Below, in pieces: positions 44,828-54,708 of a DNA stretch of 64,000 nt (the stretch's first letter is position 1; every line of letters starts with the position of its first letter). Both the position numbers and the translations under genes were made by a program. Where the stretch lies: the NCBI GenBank assembly GCA_964291295.2, contig OZ219754.1, forward strand, positions 1,280,001-1,344,000. Reading direction: 5' to 3'. The stretch comes from an uncultured Candidatus Binatia bacterium (GTDB lineage: Bacteria; Desulfobacterota; Binatia; UBA9968; JAJDTQ01). Below the pieces are notes generated by a model. It made no database searches. It was not told where the DNA came from and was given only the letters and a program-made list of their open reading frames with translations.

Positions 44828-45585
44828 GACCGTGGGCGAACCCGGTGTTCCGGGAGGGCGCGGCGGTCTATTGGCAGGAGGGCCAGGCCTGCCTCACCTA
44901 TCTGCTCTACGTGGCCATCCTGGGCGTGCTGCAGATCCTGGCGCTGGTGCTGCCGGCGGGCGAAGCGCGGTTCTGGGTCGGTCCCGCCTTCCTCTTCAGA
45001 TTCTCCTCGGTGGCCGTGCTGCTGCTGATCGTCTATCTGACCCTGCGTTTCGCCGGTCTGGAATTCCTGGCTTGGCGGTTCTCGCCGCTGCGGCACTGGC
45101 TCGATGAGGAGCGCGTCGGCGTCCTGGCGGTGGCGCTCGGGCTGCTTTCCCTGCTGGCGGGCCACGGGCTGATCCTGCTCTCCCTTGCCGCGCCGCTGCT
45201 GGCATGGTCCGGTGCCATCGCCCGCGCCCCGCTGCAGGACATGGTCTCCACCGTTTGCATGCTGTTCCTGTACGCCGTGGGCTACGGTATCTGGGGCCTC
45301 GTGGGCCTTGTCTTCTGGGAGCGCAAGGCGGACAGCCGCCGGGTCTTCATCCGCTGGGTCTTCGTCTGCTTTTTCCTGATTTCGGGCGCCTTCGGAGCGT
45401 GGGCCCAGACATTGAATCCGGTGGCGTTCCTGCTCTATCATCTCGGCACCCTGGAGATGACCGCGCCGTGGGGTCGGGCGTGGTCGCCGTTCCTTGTGCA
45501 CTGGGTCTTCCAAGGCCTGGTATTCTCCGTGGGCCTGGCGTTCCTGTCCCACGGCTTGAAGCGTATCCGGAAGGGCCATTCGTGA
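44824..45585 (+). CDS. Polytopic membrane protein (ABC-2 permease-like)
   Basis: NPVFRE start motif, about 6 TMs, LNP motif; GTGA-coupled. Confidence 0.65.
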   Translation: MRPWANPVFREGAAVYWQEGQACLTYLLYVAILGVLQILALVLPAGEARFWVGPAFLFRFSSVAVLLLIVYLTLRFAGLEFLAWRFSPLRHWLDEERVGVLAVALGLLSLLAGHGLILLSLAAPLLAWSGAIARAPLQDMVSTVCMLFLYAVGYGIWGLVGLVFWERKADSRRVFIRWVFVCFFLISGAFGAWAQTLNPVAFLLYHLGTLEMTAPWGRAWSPFLVHWVFQGLVFSVGLAFLSHGLKRIRKGHS

Positions 45586-46970
45586 CCGATCCGCAAGCCC
45601 TGCTGAAGGAGAAGCTGGCCGCTCTGCGCCGCTGGGAGAGGCGGAAGCGCCGCGAGCGTCTCTTGCTGGAGAGCCTCTTCTACACTGCGGCGGCGGCCGC
45701 GGGCGTGGTGCTGGCGCGCGCCCTGGCGGCGGTGGACGCGGGCCTCCTGTGGCTTGCGCCGGTGGTTTTCGCGGCGGTCGCGGCGGTGTTGTTCGTGCGG
45801 CGTCCCTGGCGCGAGCAGGCGTTCGTCCGCTCCCTCAAGCAGGTGGACGACGGGCTGGAGCTCAAGGAACGGGTGCTGACGGCGTGGGAGATACTGGCCC
45901 GGCCAAGGGGGCTGCCGGAGCGGCGTATTGGCCCGGAAGAGTCCTTGGTGGTGGCGGAAGCGGCGGAGAGGGTCGCGGCGGTGCCGCTGCGGCCGCTTTG
46001 CCGGCGGTGGTTCACGTGGCACGCGCTGGCCGGCCCGATCCTGGTGATGCTGGCGGCGGCGGGGTTGTGGCTGCCGCCGGGCGCCACTCCCCAGGCGGCA
46101 TCGGCGCCGTCCCGCATGGCGCAGGCGATTCGGGAGCATGCCCGGGAACTGGAGCGCCGGGCGCAACAGCAGGATCTCGCCGAGAGCCGGCGCATGGCCG
46201 GGGCCTTGCGGGAGATGGCCGAGCGGCGGTCGGGCGCGGAGAAATCGCGCCTGCAGGCGTCGGTGGCGGCCATGGTGGATGTGCTGGAGGAGATGACCCG
46301 GTCCCGGCCCGGGGCGGCGGGTCTCGAGTGGCCGGCGCTGTCCGACAAGGCTCTGGAGCGGTTGCGCCAACACCTGCGCCGGTCGGACGCCGGCAGGATG
46401 CCGGGTTCCCTCGAGGGCAAGCGCCGTGCCGAACTGCTGGAATCCCTGGGGCTCTCCTCGCTGGACCGCCAACCCGGCGGTTCCGAGGAGATGAGCGCCG
46501 GTGAGGTGCGGAAGTTTCTGGACCGCCTGGAGCGGGATGCCAGGGAGGAGCAGGACCGGCGCTCGTTGAGAGCCACTTGGCAGTTCCTCACCGAGCTGCT
46601 GCCGGGCGGCGAGGCGGACGAGGCCATGGCGGCCCGGCCCGGGAGCCCCGAAGGGCCGGTGCAGGAACCGCCGGCGGTCGGCCGCCGGCCGGGGAACGAG
46701 CCGGGCAGGGGCGGCCAGGAGCCCTTCGACCCCGCCTTCCAGGCCCGCGCGCGTACGCATCTGCAAGGGCTGCTGGGTCAGGGGCCGAGCCGGGGGTTTG
46801 GCTTCAGGGGCGAGGCCCGGGCGGGCGACAGCGCCGTGTCCGAGGAGGCGCTGGTGGTCCGATACCGGCGGCAGGTGGAGGCCGAGCTTGCCTCCGAGGA
46901 GATCCCCGCCGAGTTCAGGGAGACCATCAGGAACTATTTCCTGTCGCTGGGCGTGGCCCGGGAACGATAG
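45582..46970 (+). CDS. Membrane-anchored coiled-coil protein of the MoxR operon
   Basis: Three TMs, LELKERVLTAWE, C-terminal EEIPAEFRETIRNYF. Confidence 0.7.
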   Translation: MTDPQALLKEKLAALRRWERRKRRERLLLESLFYTAAAAAGVVLARALAAVDAGLLWLAPVVFAAVAAVLFVRRPWREQAFVRSLKQVDDGLELKERVLTAWEILARPRGLPERRIGPEESLVVAEAAERVAAVPLRPLCRRWFTWHALAGPILVMLAAAGLWLPPGATPQAASAPSRMAQAIREHARELERRAQQQDLAESRRMAGALREMAERRSGAEKSRLQASVAAMVDVLEEMTRSRPGAAGLEWPALSDKALERLRQHLRRSDAGRMPGSLEGKRRAELLESLGLSSLDRQPGGSEEMSAGEVRKFLDRLERDAREEQDRRSLRATWQFLTELLPGGEADEAMAARPGSPEGPVQEPPAVGRRPGNEPGRGGQEPFDPAFQARARTHLQGLLGQGPSRGFGFRGEARAGDSAVSEEALVVRYRRQVEAELASEEIPAEFRETIRNYFLSLGVARER

Positions 46971-46983
46971 AACGGGAGCCGAT

Positions 46984-47994
46984 GTGAACCTGGATGCTTC
47001 GACCGAGGCAGTTCGCCACCGCATGTCGAGCGCGCAGCGCGCTTTCGAGGAGGTCCGGAGCGAGATGCGCAAGGCGGTGGTGGGCCATGAGGATCTCATC
47101 GAGGGTATCTTCCTGGCGCTGGTGTGCGGCGGCCATTGTCTGTTGGAGGGCGTGCCGGGCCTGGGCAAGACGTTGATGGTGCGTTCTCTGGGAGAACTCA
47201 TGGATCTGAGCTTCTCGCGCATCCAGTTCACTCCCGACCTGATGCCGGCGGACATCACCGGCACCAACATCGTCAACGAGGACGCCTCCGGGCGGAAGGT
47301 GTTCGAGTTCGAGGCGGGTCCGGTGTTCGCCAACATCGTGCTGGCGGACGAGATCAACCGCGCCACCCCCAAGACCCAGTCCGCGCTGCTGGAGGCGATG
47401 CAGGACCAGAGCGTCACCGCCGGCGGGACGGTGCATCCCATCGCCAGCCCGTTCATGGTCCTGGCCACCCAGAACCCCATCGAAATGGAGGGTACCTATC
47501 CGCTTCCCGAGGCCCAGGTGGACCGCTTCTTCTTCAAGCTCATCGTCCAGTACCCGTCCTATGAGGAGATGGGGCGAATCGCCGAGTTGACCACGGCGGC
47601 GCCCTCAGGCGGCCTGGCCAAGGTGCTGGCGGCGGAGTCGGTGCTCGAGATGCGTGAGGCGGTGCGGGCGGTGCCCTTGGCCGGCCCGGTGCGGGACTAC
47701 GCCGTGCGTCTGGTGATGGCGACGCATTCGGAGACCGCGCACAGCACCGGGTTGGCGCGCCAGTACGTGCAGTACGGCGCCAGTCCCCGGGGCTTGCAGG
47801 CGTTGATCCTGGCGGCCAAGGCCAGGGCGTTGCTTTCCGGCCGCCCCAACGTGTCGTTCGAGGACATCCGCCGGGACCTCATGCCGAGCCTGCGTCACCG
47901 GCTGCTGCTCAATCTCACCGCCGAGGCCTCGGGCATCGCCCCGGAAACGGTGCTGGAGGAGGTGGCGGCGCGGGTGCCCGAGGTGCCCTCCTGA
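46984..47994 (+). CDS. moxR: MoxR-family AAA+ ATPase
   Basis: EGVPGLGKT, RIQFTPDLMPAD, ADEINRA, ATQNPIE, GASPR. Confidence 0.95.
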   Translation: MNLDASTEAVRHRMSSAQRAFEEVRSEMRKAVVGHEDLIEGIFLALVCGGHCLLEGVPGLGKTLMVRSLGELMDLSFSRIQFTPDLMPADITGTNIVNEDASGRKVFEFEAGPVFANIVLADEINRATPKTQSALLEAMQDQSVTAGGTVHPIASPFMVLATQNPIEMEGTYPLPEAQVDRFFFKLIVQYPSYEEMGRIAELTTAAPSGGLAKVLAAESVLEMREAVRAVPLAGPVRDYAVRLVMATHSETAHSTGLARQYVQYGASPRGLQALILAAKARALLSGRPNVSFEDIRRDLMPSLRHRLLLNLTAEASGIAPETVLEEVAARVPEVPS

Positions 47995-48881
47995 TGGCCG
48001 AGGCCCCGGCGCACCGCTTCCTGGAGCCCGACTTCCTGGCCCGGCTGGACAAGCTGCGGTTGGCGGCCAAGCGCTTCAGCCGGGGCATGGCCCGGGGCGA
48101 GCACCCCACCGTCCGCAAGGGTTACAGCCTGGAGTTCTCCGACTACCGCAAGTACAGCCGCGGGGATGACCTGCGCTACGTGGACTGGAACGTCTACGGG
48201 CGCCTGGAGCGGCTGCTCCTCAAGGTGTTCACGGCCGAGCAGGAGATCACGGTCTATCTTCTGCTGGACACCAGCCTGTCCATGGCGGCAGGCTCGCCGC
48301 CCAAGCTGGACTTCGCCAGGAACGTCGCCGCGGCCTTGGGCTACATCGGCCTCAAGACCCACGATCGGGTGGGGGCGGCGGCCCTGGCCGAGGACCTGGC
48401 TGCGCGGTTGCCGCCGGCCCGGGCCCGGCGTCAGATCTTCTCCCTGTTCCACTTTCTCGCGGAGTTGTCCTGCGCCGGCCGCACCGATCTGGAGACCTCG
48501 GTGAAGACCTTTTCGCGGCTCTTTCCGCGGCCGGGGCTGGTGGTGCTGTTCAGCGACCTGCTGGACCCGGCGGGGTGCCGCGCCGCCCTGGAAGAGCTGG
48601 CGCGGAAACGGCACGACGTGCTGCTGGTACACGTGCTCGCCGAGGGCGAGACGCGGCTGGCCCCGGGCGGCGACGTGTCGCTGGTGGACGTGGAGAGCGC
48701 CCGCCAACGCCGCGTCTTTCTCGACCGGGATCTCGTGGACCGGTTTCAGCGGGAGGCGGAAGACTTCTTCGCCGGCGCCCGACGATTCTGCGAGAGCCGG
48801 GACATGGATTACCGGCGCACCACCAGCGGCGTCCCCTTCGACGACTTCGTCCTGCGTTATCTGACCCAGGACACGGGGTAG
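47994..48881 (+). CDS. DUF58 protein
   Basis: GYSLEFSDYRKY, GDDLRYVDW, LLDTSLSM. Confidence 0.93.
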   Translation: MAEAPAHRFLEPDFLARLDKLRLAAKRFSRGMARGEHPTVRKGYSLEFSDYRKYSRGDDLRYVDWNVYGRLERLLLKVFTAEQEITVYLLLDTSLSMAAGSPPKLDFARNVAAALGYIGLKTHDRVGAAALAEDLAARLPPARARRQIFSLFHFLAELSCAGRTDLETSVKTFSRLFPRPGLVVLFSDLLDPAGCRAALEELARKRHDVLLVHVLAEGETRLAPGGDVSLVDVESARQRRVFLDRDLVDRFQREAEDFFAGARRFCESRDMDYRRTTSGVPFDDFVLRYLTQDTG

Positions 48882-48887
48882 CCTCCG

Positions 48888-51800
48888 GTGTTATGGCTCT
48901 TTCCCGCGGCTTTCCTCTTCCTGCTGGGGGCCGTCCCGCTCATCCTGCTGCTCAACAGCCTCCGGCCCCGGGGGCCGCGGGTGCCGGTGACCGCGCTGTT
49001 CCTGTTGGAGAAGGTGCTGCGGGAGAGGCCCGTGGGGCGGCGCCTGGGCTGGCTCTGGCGCCGGAACCCGCCGCTGGTCCTGCAGCTGCTGGCCGCCGCC
49101 GCGGTGGTGGCCGCGCTGGCGTGGCCGGCGCTGCCGGGGGCGGGCGGGAGCGCCAGGGACCTGGTGGTGGTGATGGACCTCAGCGCCAGCATGAAGGCCT
49201 CGGGGGAGTCGGGCTCCCGTTGGAGCGCGGCCCGCGGCGAGCTCCTGAAGCGCATCGACGGACTGGGCGCCGGCGACCGGATGATGATCATCGGCGCCGC
49301 GGCGGCGCCCGAGGTGGTGCAGCCTTTCACCCGGGACCGCGCCAGGCTGCGCCAGGCGGCGGAGGCGCTGGCCCCCGCCGACGTCGCGGCACCGGTGAAG
49401 GAAGCGGTGCTGCTGGCGCACACGTTTCTCGGGCGCCGGGGGCCGCATCGGGTGGTGGTGGTCACCGACGGCGCCTTCGAGGATATCGAGGAACTGCCGC
49501 TGGCGGCATCCTCCCTGGAACTCGTGCAGGTCCGGGGCGGGACGGACAATGTCGGCATCCTGGGGTTCCAGTTCCGCAGGGTGGCGGGCGAGGCGGACGA
49601 GTACGAGGCCATGGTGGTGGTGCAGAACTTCACCGAACGGTCCGTGCATGCGCCCCTGATCGTCACCGTGGCGGACCGGGTGGTGAGCCGGGCTCTCCTG
49701 TCCCTGGAACCGTTCTCCCGCGAAGTGCGGATCTACGGCATCCCCGGTCCCCTGCGCGGGCGCGCCACCGCACTGCTGGCCATCGACGACGACCTGGAGA
49801 CCGACAACCGCGCCTTCCTGGCGTTCCCGGAGCAGCGCCCCACGCGGGTTCTCTACGTGGGCCCCGGCAATCCGTTCCTGGAGCGCCTGCTGCGCTATTT
49901 CCCTCACGTCACGCTGGCGCGCATCGACCGCATCCCGGTGGACCGCGTGACCGAGCAGGTGGCGGCCTACGATGTCGTGATGCTGGACCGGGTGCCGGCT
50001 CCGCCTCTCGCGCGCGGCAACTTCGTGCTGATACGCACCGTGGCCGCGGGCCTGCCCCTGCGCATGACCGGCCGGATACGGCGCCCCGCGCCGGTTTCCG
50101 GCACCGCCGGCCACCCGCTGGCGGCGGGGGTGCGTCTGGACGGACTCTACGTCCGGGACGCGCTGAAGCTGGCCGCGGACGGCGGCGTCTCCCTGGCCGG
50201 ATCGGAGCAGGGGCCGCTGATTCACGCGGTGGATTCCGGCCCTCTCAAGGCCCTGGTGTTCGCCTTCGATCTCGCCGACTCGGACCTGCCGTTCCGGGTT
50301 TCGTTCCCGTTGCTGGTGCGCAACGCCTTCGCCTGGTTCCGGCCCGCGGCCAGGGAGTTTCCCGCCAGCCAGGTGGCCGCGGGGGTGCCCTTCGTGGCGG
50401 ACGTGGGCGTGGGCGAAGAGCGGCTGGTGTTCGTGGCCCCTTCCGGCGAGAGTCGTACGATCCCTGTCCGGGATCGTACCGGGACCTACGGCGAGACCAC
50501 GCGGGTGGGCTTCTACCGGTTCCGGGGAGAGCGCGGCGAGGGCGAGTTCGCAGTGAATCTGTTCAGCGAGGAGGAGTCCCGCATCCGTCCTTCGTACCAG
50601 GCGGACCTGAGGTCCACGGCGTCGCCGGCGGCGGAGAGCGGGCCGGGCACACGCCTTGATCTCTGGCCGGCGCTGCTGGTCCTGGCCCTGGCGTTGCTGT
50701 CGGTCGAGTGCGTCGTGGTCTGCCGCACCCGCCGCTCGCTGCTGCCCCTGTGGCTGCGGGTGCCGGCGGGGGCGGTGCTGGTGGTGGCGCTGCTGGATCC
50801 GCGCATCCTTGCCGAAGACCGCGAGCTGGACGTGGTGATGGCAGTGGACCTCTCCCACAGCGTGGGGGAGGAGGCCCGGGACCAGGCCGCGGAGGTGTTG
50901 GAGCGGGCCCGGGCGCTGGTGGGCTCCAAGGTGCGCCTGGGCCTGTTCTCCTTCGCGCGCCGCCCCCAGTGGGAGTTTCTGCCCACCCGCGAGCTTCCGG
51001 TTAGCGACCTGCCGCCGCCCCCGGAGCGCGACGCCACCGATCTCGGCGCGGCGCTCCAGGGCGCGCTGGGCGAGCTCCGGGAGGGACGCGAGAGCCGCAT
51101 CCTGCTGGTCTCCGACGCCAACGAGAACCGCGGCTCGGTGGAGCGGGTGCTGCCCATGCTGCGCTCCCGCGGCGTGGCGGTCTGGTCGTATCCGGCAAGC
51201 CTTGCCGAGGGCGGAAACGAGGTCTACCTGTCCGAGTTCGCTCTGCCCTCGGTGGTGGACAGCGGCGAGACCTTCGAGATCAAGGCATCGGTCACCAGCG
51301 CGCGGGCAGCGGAGACGGGCGTGAACCTGCTGCGGGACGGCCGCGTCATCCGTTCCATCCGCCGCGAGTTGACGCCCGGAGCCAACTGGCTGAGCTTCAC
51401 CGACAGCGTGGAGCGGCGCGGCGCCCACACCTACGAATTGATGGTGGAGGCGGCCGACGATGTGTTGGCGGAGAACAACCTGTTGCAGGGCATGGTCAGC
51501 GTCCGGGGGCCGTCACGGATCCTCTACCTGCACGACGCTGGTGCTTTGCGGCGTTTCATGGCCGAGGCCTTGGCCGTGCAGGGGTACGAGGTGGTGGAGA
51601 AGACCCCGGCGCGGGCCAACCTCACGCTGCCGGAGCTTTCGGGATTCGACCTGCTGATCCTGGACAACGTGCCGGCCTACCAGCTTTCGCAGTCGAAGAT
51701 GGAGCGTATCGAGCGGTACGTGCGCGACCTTGGCGGCGGCCTCATCGTCCTGGGCGGGACCCGGAGCTACGGTGCCGGGGGCTACTACCGGACGCCGCTG

Positions 51801-53210
51801 GAGCGGACGCTGCCGGTGGAGATGCGTCCGCCGGCGCGCATGGAGTTGCCGCACGTGACCCTGCTCTTCGTGCTGGACAAGTCGGGCAGCATGGGCGGCG
51901 CCCCTTTCGGAACCACCAAGCTGGATCTGGCCAAGGCGGCCGCCCTGTCGTCGGCGGAACTGCTCAACCCCACCGACGAGGTGGGCATTCTGGCGTTCGA
52001 CTCCAACTGGCAGTGGGTGGTGCCGTTCCGCGCGGCGGGCGGCGGCGAGCGCATCGCCGAGGACGTCGCCGGCCTGAGCTCCGATGGCGGCACCGATCTC
52101 CACAAGGCGATGGTGGAGGGCCGCCGGGCGCTGGCCGCGAAGGCGTCCGCCATCAAGCACGTGCTGGTGTTGTCCGACGGGCTCACCGAAAAGGAGGATC
52201 TGCCGGAACAGGTCGCGCGCATGGCCGGGGAGCGCATCACCGTCTCCACGGTCTCCATCGGCGGCGACGCCAACCGGCACCTCATGAGCCAACTCGCCCG
52301 GAGCGGCAGCGGCCGGAGCTATGCCGCCGTGGACCCGCGGTCCATCCCGCAGATCTTCACCACCGAGACGCTGCTGATCTCCCGGGACCTGCTGGTGGAA
52401 AAGACCCTGACCCCCACCGTCGCCGGGCCGGCGGGCCCCATGCGCGGTCTTTCGGAAGAGCCGCTGCCGCGGATCCTGGGCTACGTCCTGACGCACGTCA
52501 AGCCTGGAGCGGAGGTCCACCTGCGGGCCGGCGAGGACCCGTTGCTGGTGTCCTGGCGCCACGGCCTGGGCCGAGTGTACGCGTTCACCTCCGACGTCTC
52601 CGGCCGTTGGGGGCGGCATTGGGTGCGGTGGCCGGATTTTTCCCGGTGGGCCGCACAGATGGCCCGCCTGGCGGTCCGGAGCGTCTCGGACCACCAGCTG
52701 CGGACGGACCTGGCAAGGGACGGCGACGTCATGAACGCGGTGGTGGACCTCTTCTCGGCCTCGGGGCGGCCGGTGAACCACTTGGAGTTGCAGGGACTGC
52801 TGACCCGCGCCGACGAGACCCTCGAACAGGAGACCTTCCGGCAGGTGGCGCCCGGCCGCTACCGGACGAGCTTCCCCACCCCGAGGCGGGGGGTCAATCT
52901 GCTCACCGTGAAGCAGCCGTCCGGCCCGTCGCCCGTGGTCCTCACGGTTCCCTTCATCGTCGCCTTCTCGAGCGAGTACCGCGAAATGGATGCCAACACC
53001 GGGCTGCTGGAACGGCTGGCCGAGCAGACCGGCGGGAAGGTGTTGCGGGAGGAAACCCTGGCCGGGGACATCGAGCGTCTCTTCACCGCGGACCCGGACG
53101 CCGCGGGCTCCGCCCGGGGAGGCTGGTGGATGCTGGCCGCTGCCGGCCTGGGCGTGTTTCTCCTGGACCTCGCGCTGCGCACCCTGCTCCAGCTGCGCCG
53201 GGCGGGATGA
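48888..53210 (+). CDS. 1440-aa BatA-like/vWA membrane protein with three vWA domains and GATase-like domains
   Basis: BatA-like N-terminal TMs; MIDAS motifs DLSASM, DLSHSV, DKSGSM; GGGLIVLGG...YGAGGY. Confidence 0.85.
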   Translation: MLWLFPAAFLFLLGAVPLILLLNSLRPRGPRVPVTALFLLEKVLRERPVGRRLGWLWRRNPPLVLQLLAAAAVVAALAWPALPGAGGSARDLVVVMDLSASMKASGESGSRWSAARGELLKRIDGLGAGDRMMIIGAAAAPEVVQPFTRDRARLRQAAEALAPADVAAPVKEAVLLAHTFLGRRGPHRVVVVTDGAFEDIEELPLAASSLELVQVRGGTDNVGILGFQFRRVAGEADEYEAMVVVQNFTERSVHAPLIVTVADRVVSRALLSLEPFSREVRIYGIPGPLRGRATALLAIDDDLETDNRAFLAFPEQRPTRVLYVGPGNPFLERLLRYFPHVTLARIDRIPVDRVTEQVAAYDVVMLDRVPAPPLARGNFVLIRTVAAGLPLRMTGRIRRPAPVSGTAGHPLAAGVRLDGLYVRDALKLAADGGVSLAGSEQGPLIHAVDSGPLKALVFAFDLADSDLPFRVSFPLLVRNAFAWFRPAAREFPASQVAAGVPFVADVGVGEERLVFVAPSGESRTIPVRDRTGTYGETTRVGFYRFRGERGEGEFAVNLFSEEESRIRPSYQADLRSTASPAAESGPGTRLDLWPALLVLALALLSVECVVVCRTRRSLLPLWLRVPAGAVLVVALLDPRILAEDRELDVVMAVDLSHSVGEEARDQAAEVLERARALVGSKVRLGLFSFARRPQWEFLPTRELPVSDLPPPPERDATDLGAALQGALGELREGRESRILLVSDANENRGSVERVLPMLRSRGVAVWSYPASLAEGGNEVYLSEFALPSVVDSGETFEIKASVTSARAAETGVNLLRDGRVIRSIRRELTPGANWLSFTDSVERRGAHTYELMVEAADDVLAENNLLQGMVSVRGPSRILYLHDAGALRRFMAEALAVQGYEVVEKTPARANLTLPELSGFDLLILDNVPAYQLSQSKMERIERYVRDLGGGLIVLGGTRSYGAGGYYRTPLERTLPVEMRPPARMELPHVTLLFVLDKSGSMGGAPFGTTKLDLAKAAALSSAELLNPTDEVGILAFDSNWQWVVPFRAAGGGERIAEDVAGLSSDGGTDLHKAMVEGRRALAAKASAIKHVLVLSDGLTEKEDLPEQVARMAGERITVSTVSIGGDANRHLMSQLARSGSGRSYAAVDPRSIPQIFTTETLLISRDLLVEKTLTPTVAGPAGPMRGLSEEPLPRILGYVLTHVKPGAEVHLRAGEDPLLVSWRHGLGRVYAFTSDVSGRWGRHWVRWPDFSRWAAQMARLAVRSVSDHQLRTDLARDGDVMNAVVDLFSASGRPVNHLELQGLLTRADETLEQETFRQVAPGRYRTSFPTPRRGVNLLTVKQPSGPSPVVLTVPFIVAFSSEYREMDANTGLLERLAEQTGGKVLREETLAGDIERLFTADPDAAGSARGGWWMLAAAGLGVFLLDLALRTLLQLRRAG

Positions 53211-53351
53211 AGCCCCGCCCGGCGCAGCTCTCGTGTCCGGCGGGGGCACGGTCCGGCGGTCCCTTCGGAAGCCGGCGCCGGCCCCGGGGCGGCGCCGCCA
53301 GCACGCGGTGTGCGCCAGCCGCCGGGCGCGACTGGTTCCCGCGGCGTTACG

Positions 53352-53379
53352 TTGACCTCCCCGCCGCCCGTGCCATAAT
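53352..53379 (+). promoter_or_regulatory. Sigma70 promoter positioned for leaderless era mRNA
   Basis: TTGACC-16bp-CATAAT with TGn; ATG begins 7 nt after the -10; no SD. Confidence 0.6.
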
Positions 53380-53385
53380 GGACCG

Positions 53386-54315
53386 ATGGCCGAGACCGAC
53401 TCCATGCCCGGGGAGACCGCGGCAGCATCCCCGCCGGCCGGTTTCCGGTCGGGTTTCGCCGCGCTCCTGGGTCGGCCCAATGTGGGCAAGTCCACGCTGT
53501 TGAACCAGCTCCTGGGGGAGAAGGCCGCCATCGTCTCGCCCCGGCCGCAGACCACCCGGAACCGGATCATGGGCATCAAGACGTTGCCCGGGGGGCAGCT
53601 CCTGTTGCTGGATACACCCGGGATCCACCGGGCCAGGTCGCTGCTCAACCGGCGCATGGTGGAGGTGGCCCGGCGCTCTCTCGGCGACGTCGAGGCGGTG
53701 GTCTGGGTGGTGGACGCCCGCGGCGGCATCCGGGGGGACGACGAGGACATCGCGGGGATTCTGGGCGGCAGCCGGCGCGAGACCCTGATCGCGCTCAACA
53801 AGATCGATGCGGTGTCGAAGGGGCGGCTGCTGCCCGTGATGGCGCGGCTGGCGGAGTTGTTGCCCGGGCGGGAGATCGTTCCTGTCAGCGCCCGCACCGG
53901 AGAGAACGTTCCACTTCTGGTGGAAGGGGTTCTGAAGCGGCTGCCGGCGGGCCCCCGCTACTTCCCCGAGGACGAATGGACCGACCAGACGGAGCGGTTC
54001 ATCGCCGCGGAGCTGGTCCGGGAGAAGGTGTTTCTGCGTACCCGCCAGGAGATACCCTACGGCATCGCGGTCACGGTGGAGAATTTCGAGGAGAAGAACG
54101 ACCTTGTGGTCATCGCCGCCACCATACACACCGAGCGGGAGAGCCACAAGCCGATCCTCATCGGCCGGCGGGGGGCGATGCTGAAAGAGATCGGCCGCGC
54201 CGCGCGGGAGGATCTGGAGCGCCTGCTCGGCTGCCGCGTCTATCTGGATCTCGCCATCAGGGCCACACCCGGCTGGAGCCGGGATCCCCGGAGCCTCGCG
54301 GCCTTCGGCCTGTGA
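53386..54315 (+). CDS. era: GTPase Era
   Basis: GRPNVGKS, PQTTR, DTPG, NKID, KH domain. Confidence 0.97.
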   Translation: MAETDSMPGETAAASPPAGFRSGFAALLGRPNVGKSTLLNQLLGEKAAIVSPRPQTTRNRIMGIKTLPGGQLLLLDTPGIHRARSLLNRRMVEVARRSLGDVEAVVWVVDARGGIRGDDEDIAGILGGSRRETLIALNKIDAVSKGRLLPVMARLAELLPGREIVPVSARTGENVPLLVEGVLKRLPAGPRYFPEDEWTDQTERFIAAELVREKVFLRTRQEIPYGIAVTVENFEEKNDLVVIAATIHTERESHKPILIGRRGAMLKEIGRAAREDLERLLGCRVYLDLAIRATPGWSRDPRSLAAFGL

Positions 54316-54708
54316 CCGGACCCTGGTGGAGACTCGTGGGGAACGGACGTCCCGGCTACGGCGGTGTCGCTGCCGTATCCGGATGCGCTCCCGGCCGCCC
54401 GGGACGCCCCGGGAGTCAACATGAGCTTTCGCCGGCAGGGCCGTTCAGGCCGGGACACCGCCCCCCGTCGCCGGCGTGCGGGCCGGCGCCAGGGCCGGTT
54501 TCTCGCGTTTGGGCCTCAAAAAGGCTAACCTCCCCCCTGTGCGGCCTCGTCCCACGGTGGCACGGGCGCCGCGGCCGCACGATGTTTTCCAACAGATGGC
54601 CCTGAAGATGGCCCTGATTTCATCTCCACGGCTGCAAGAGGACTTCGCGCCGTACACCGCCAGCCGCGGGGAACCCGAGCTTTGCGCCGGCCCCCGCCGT
54701 CTTCGATC

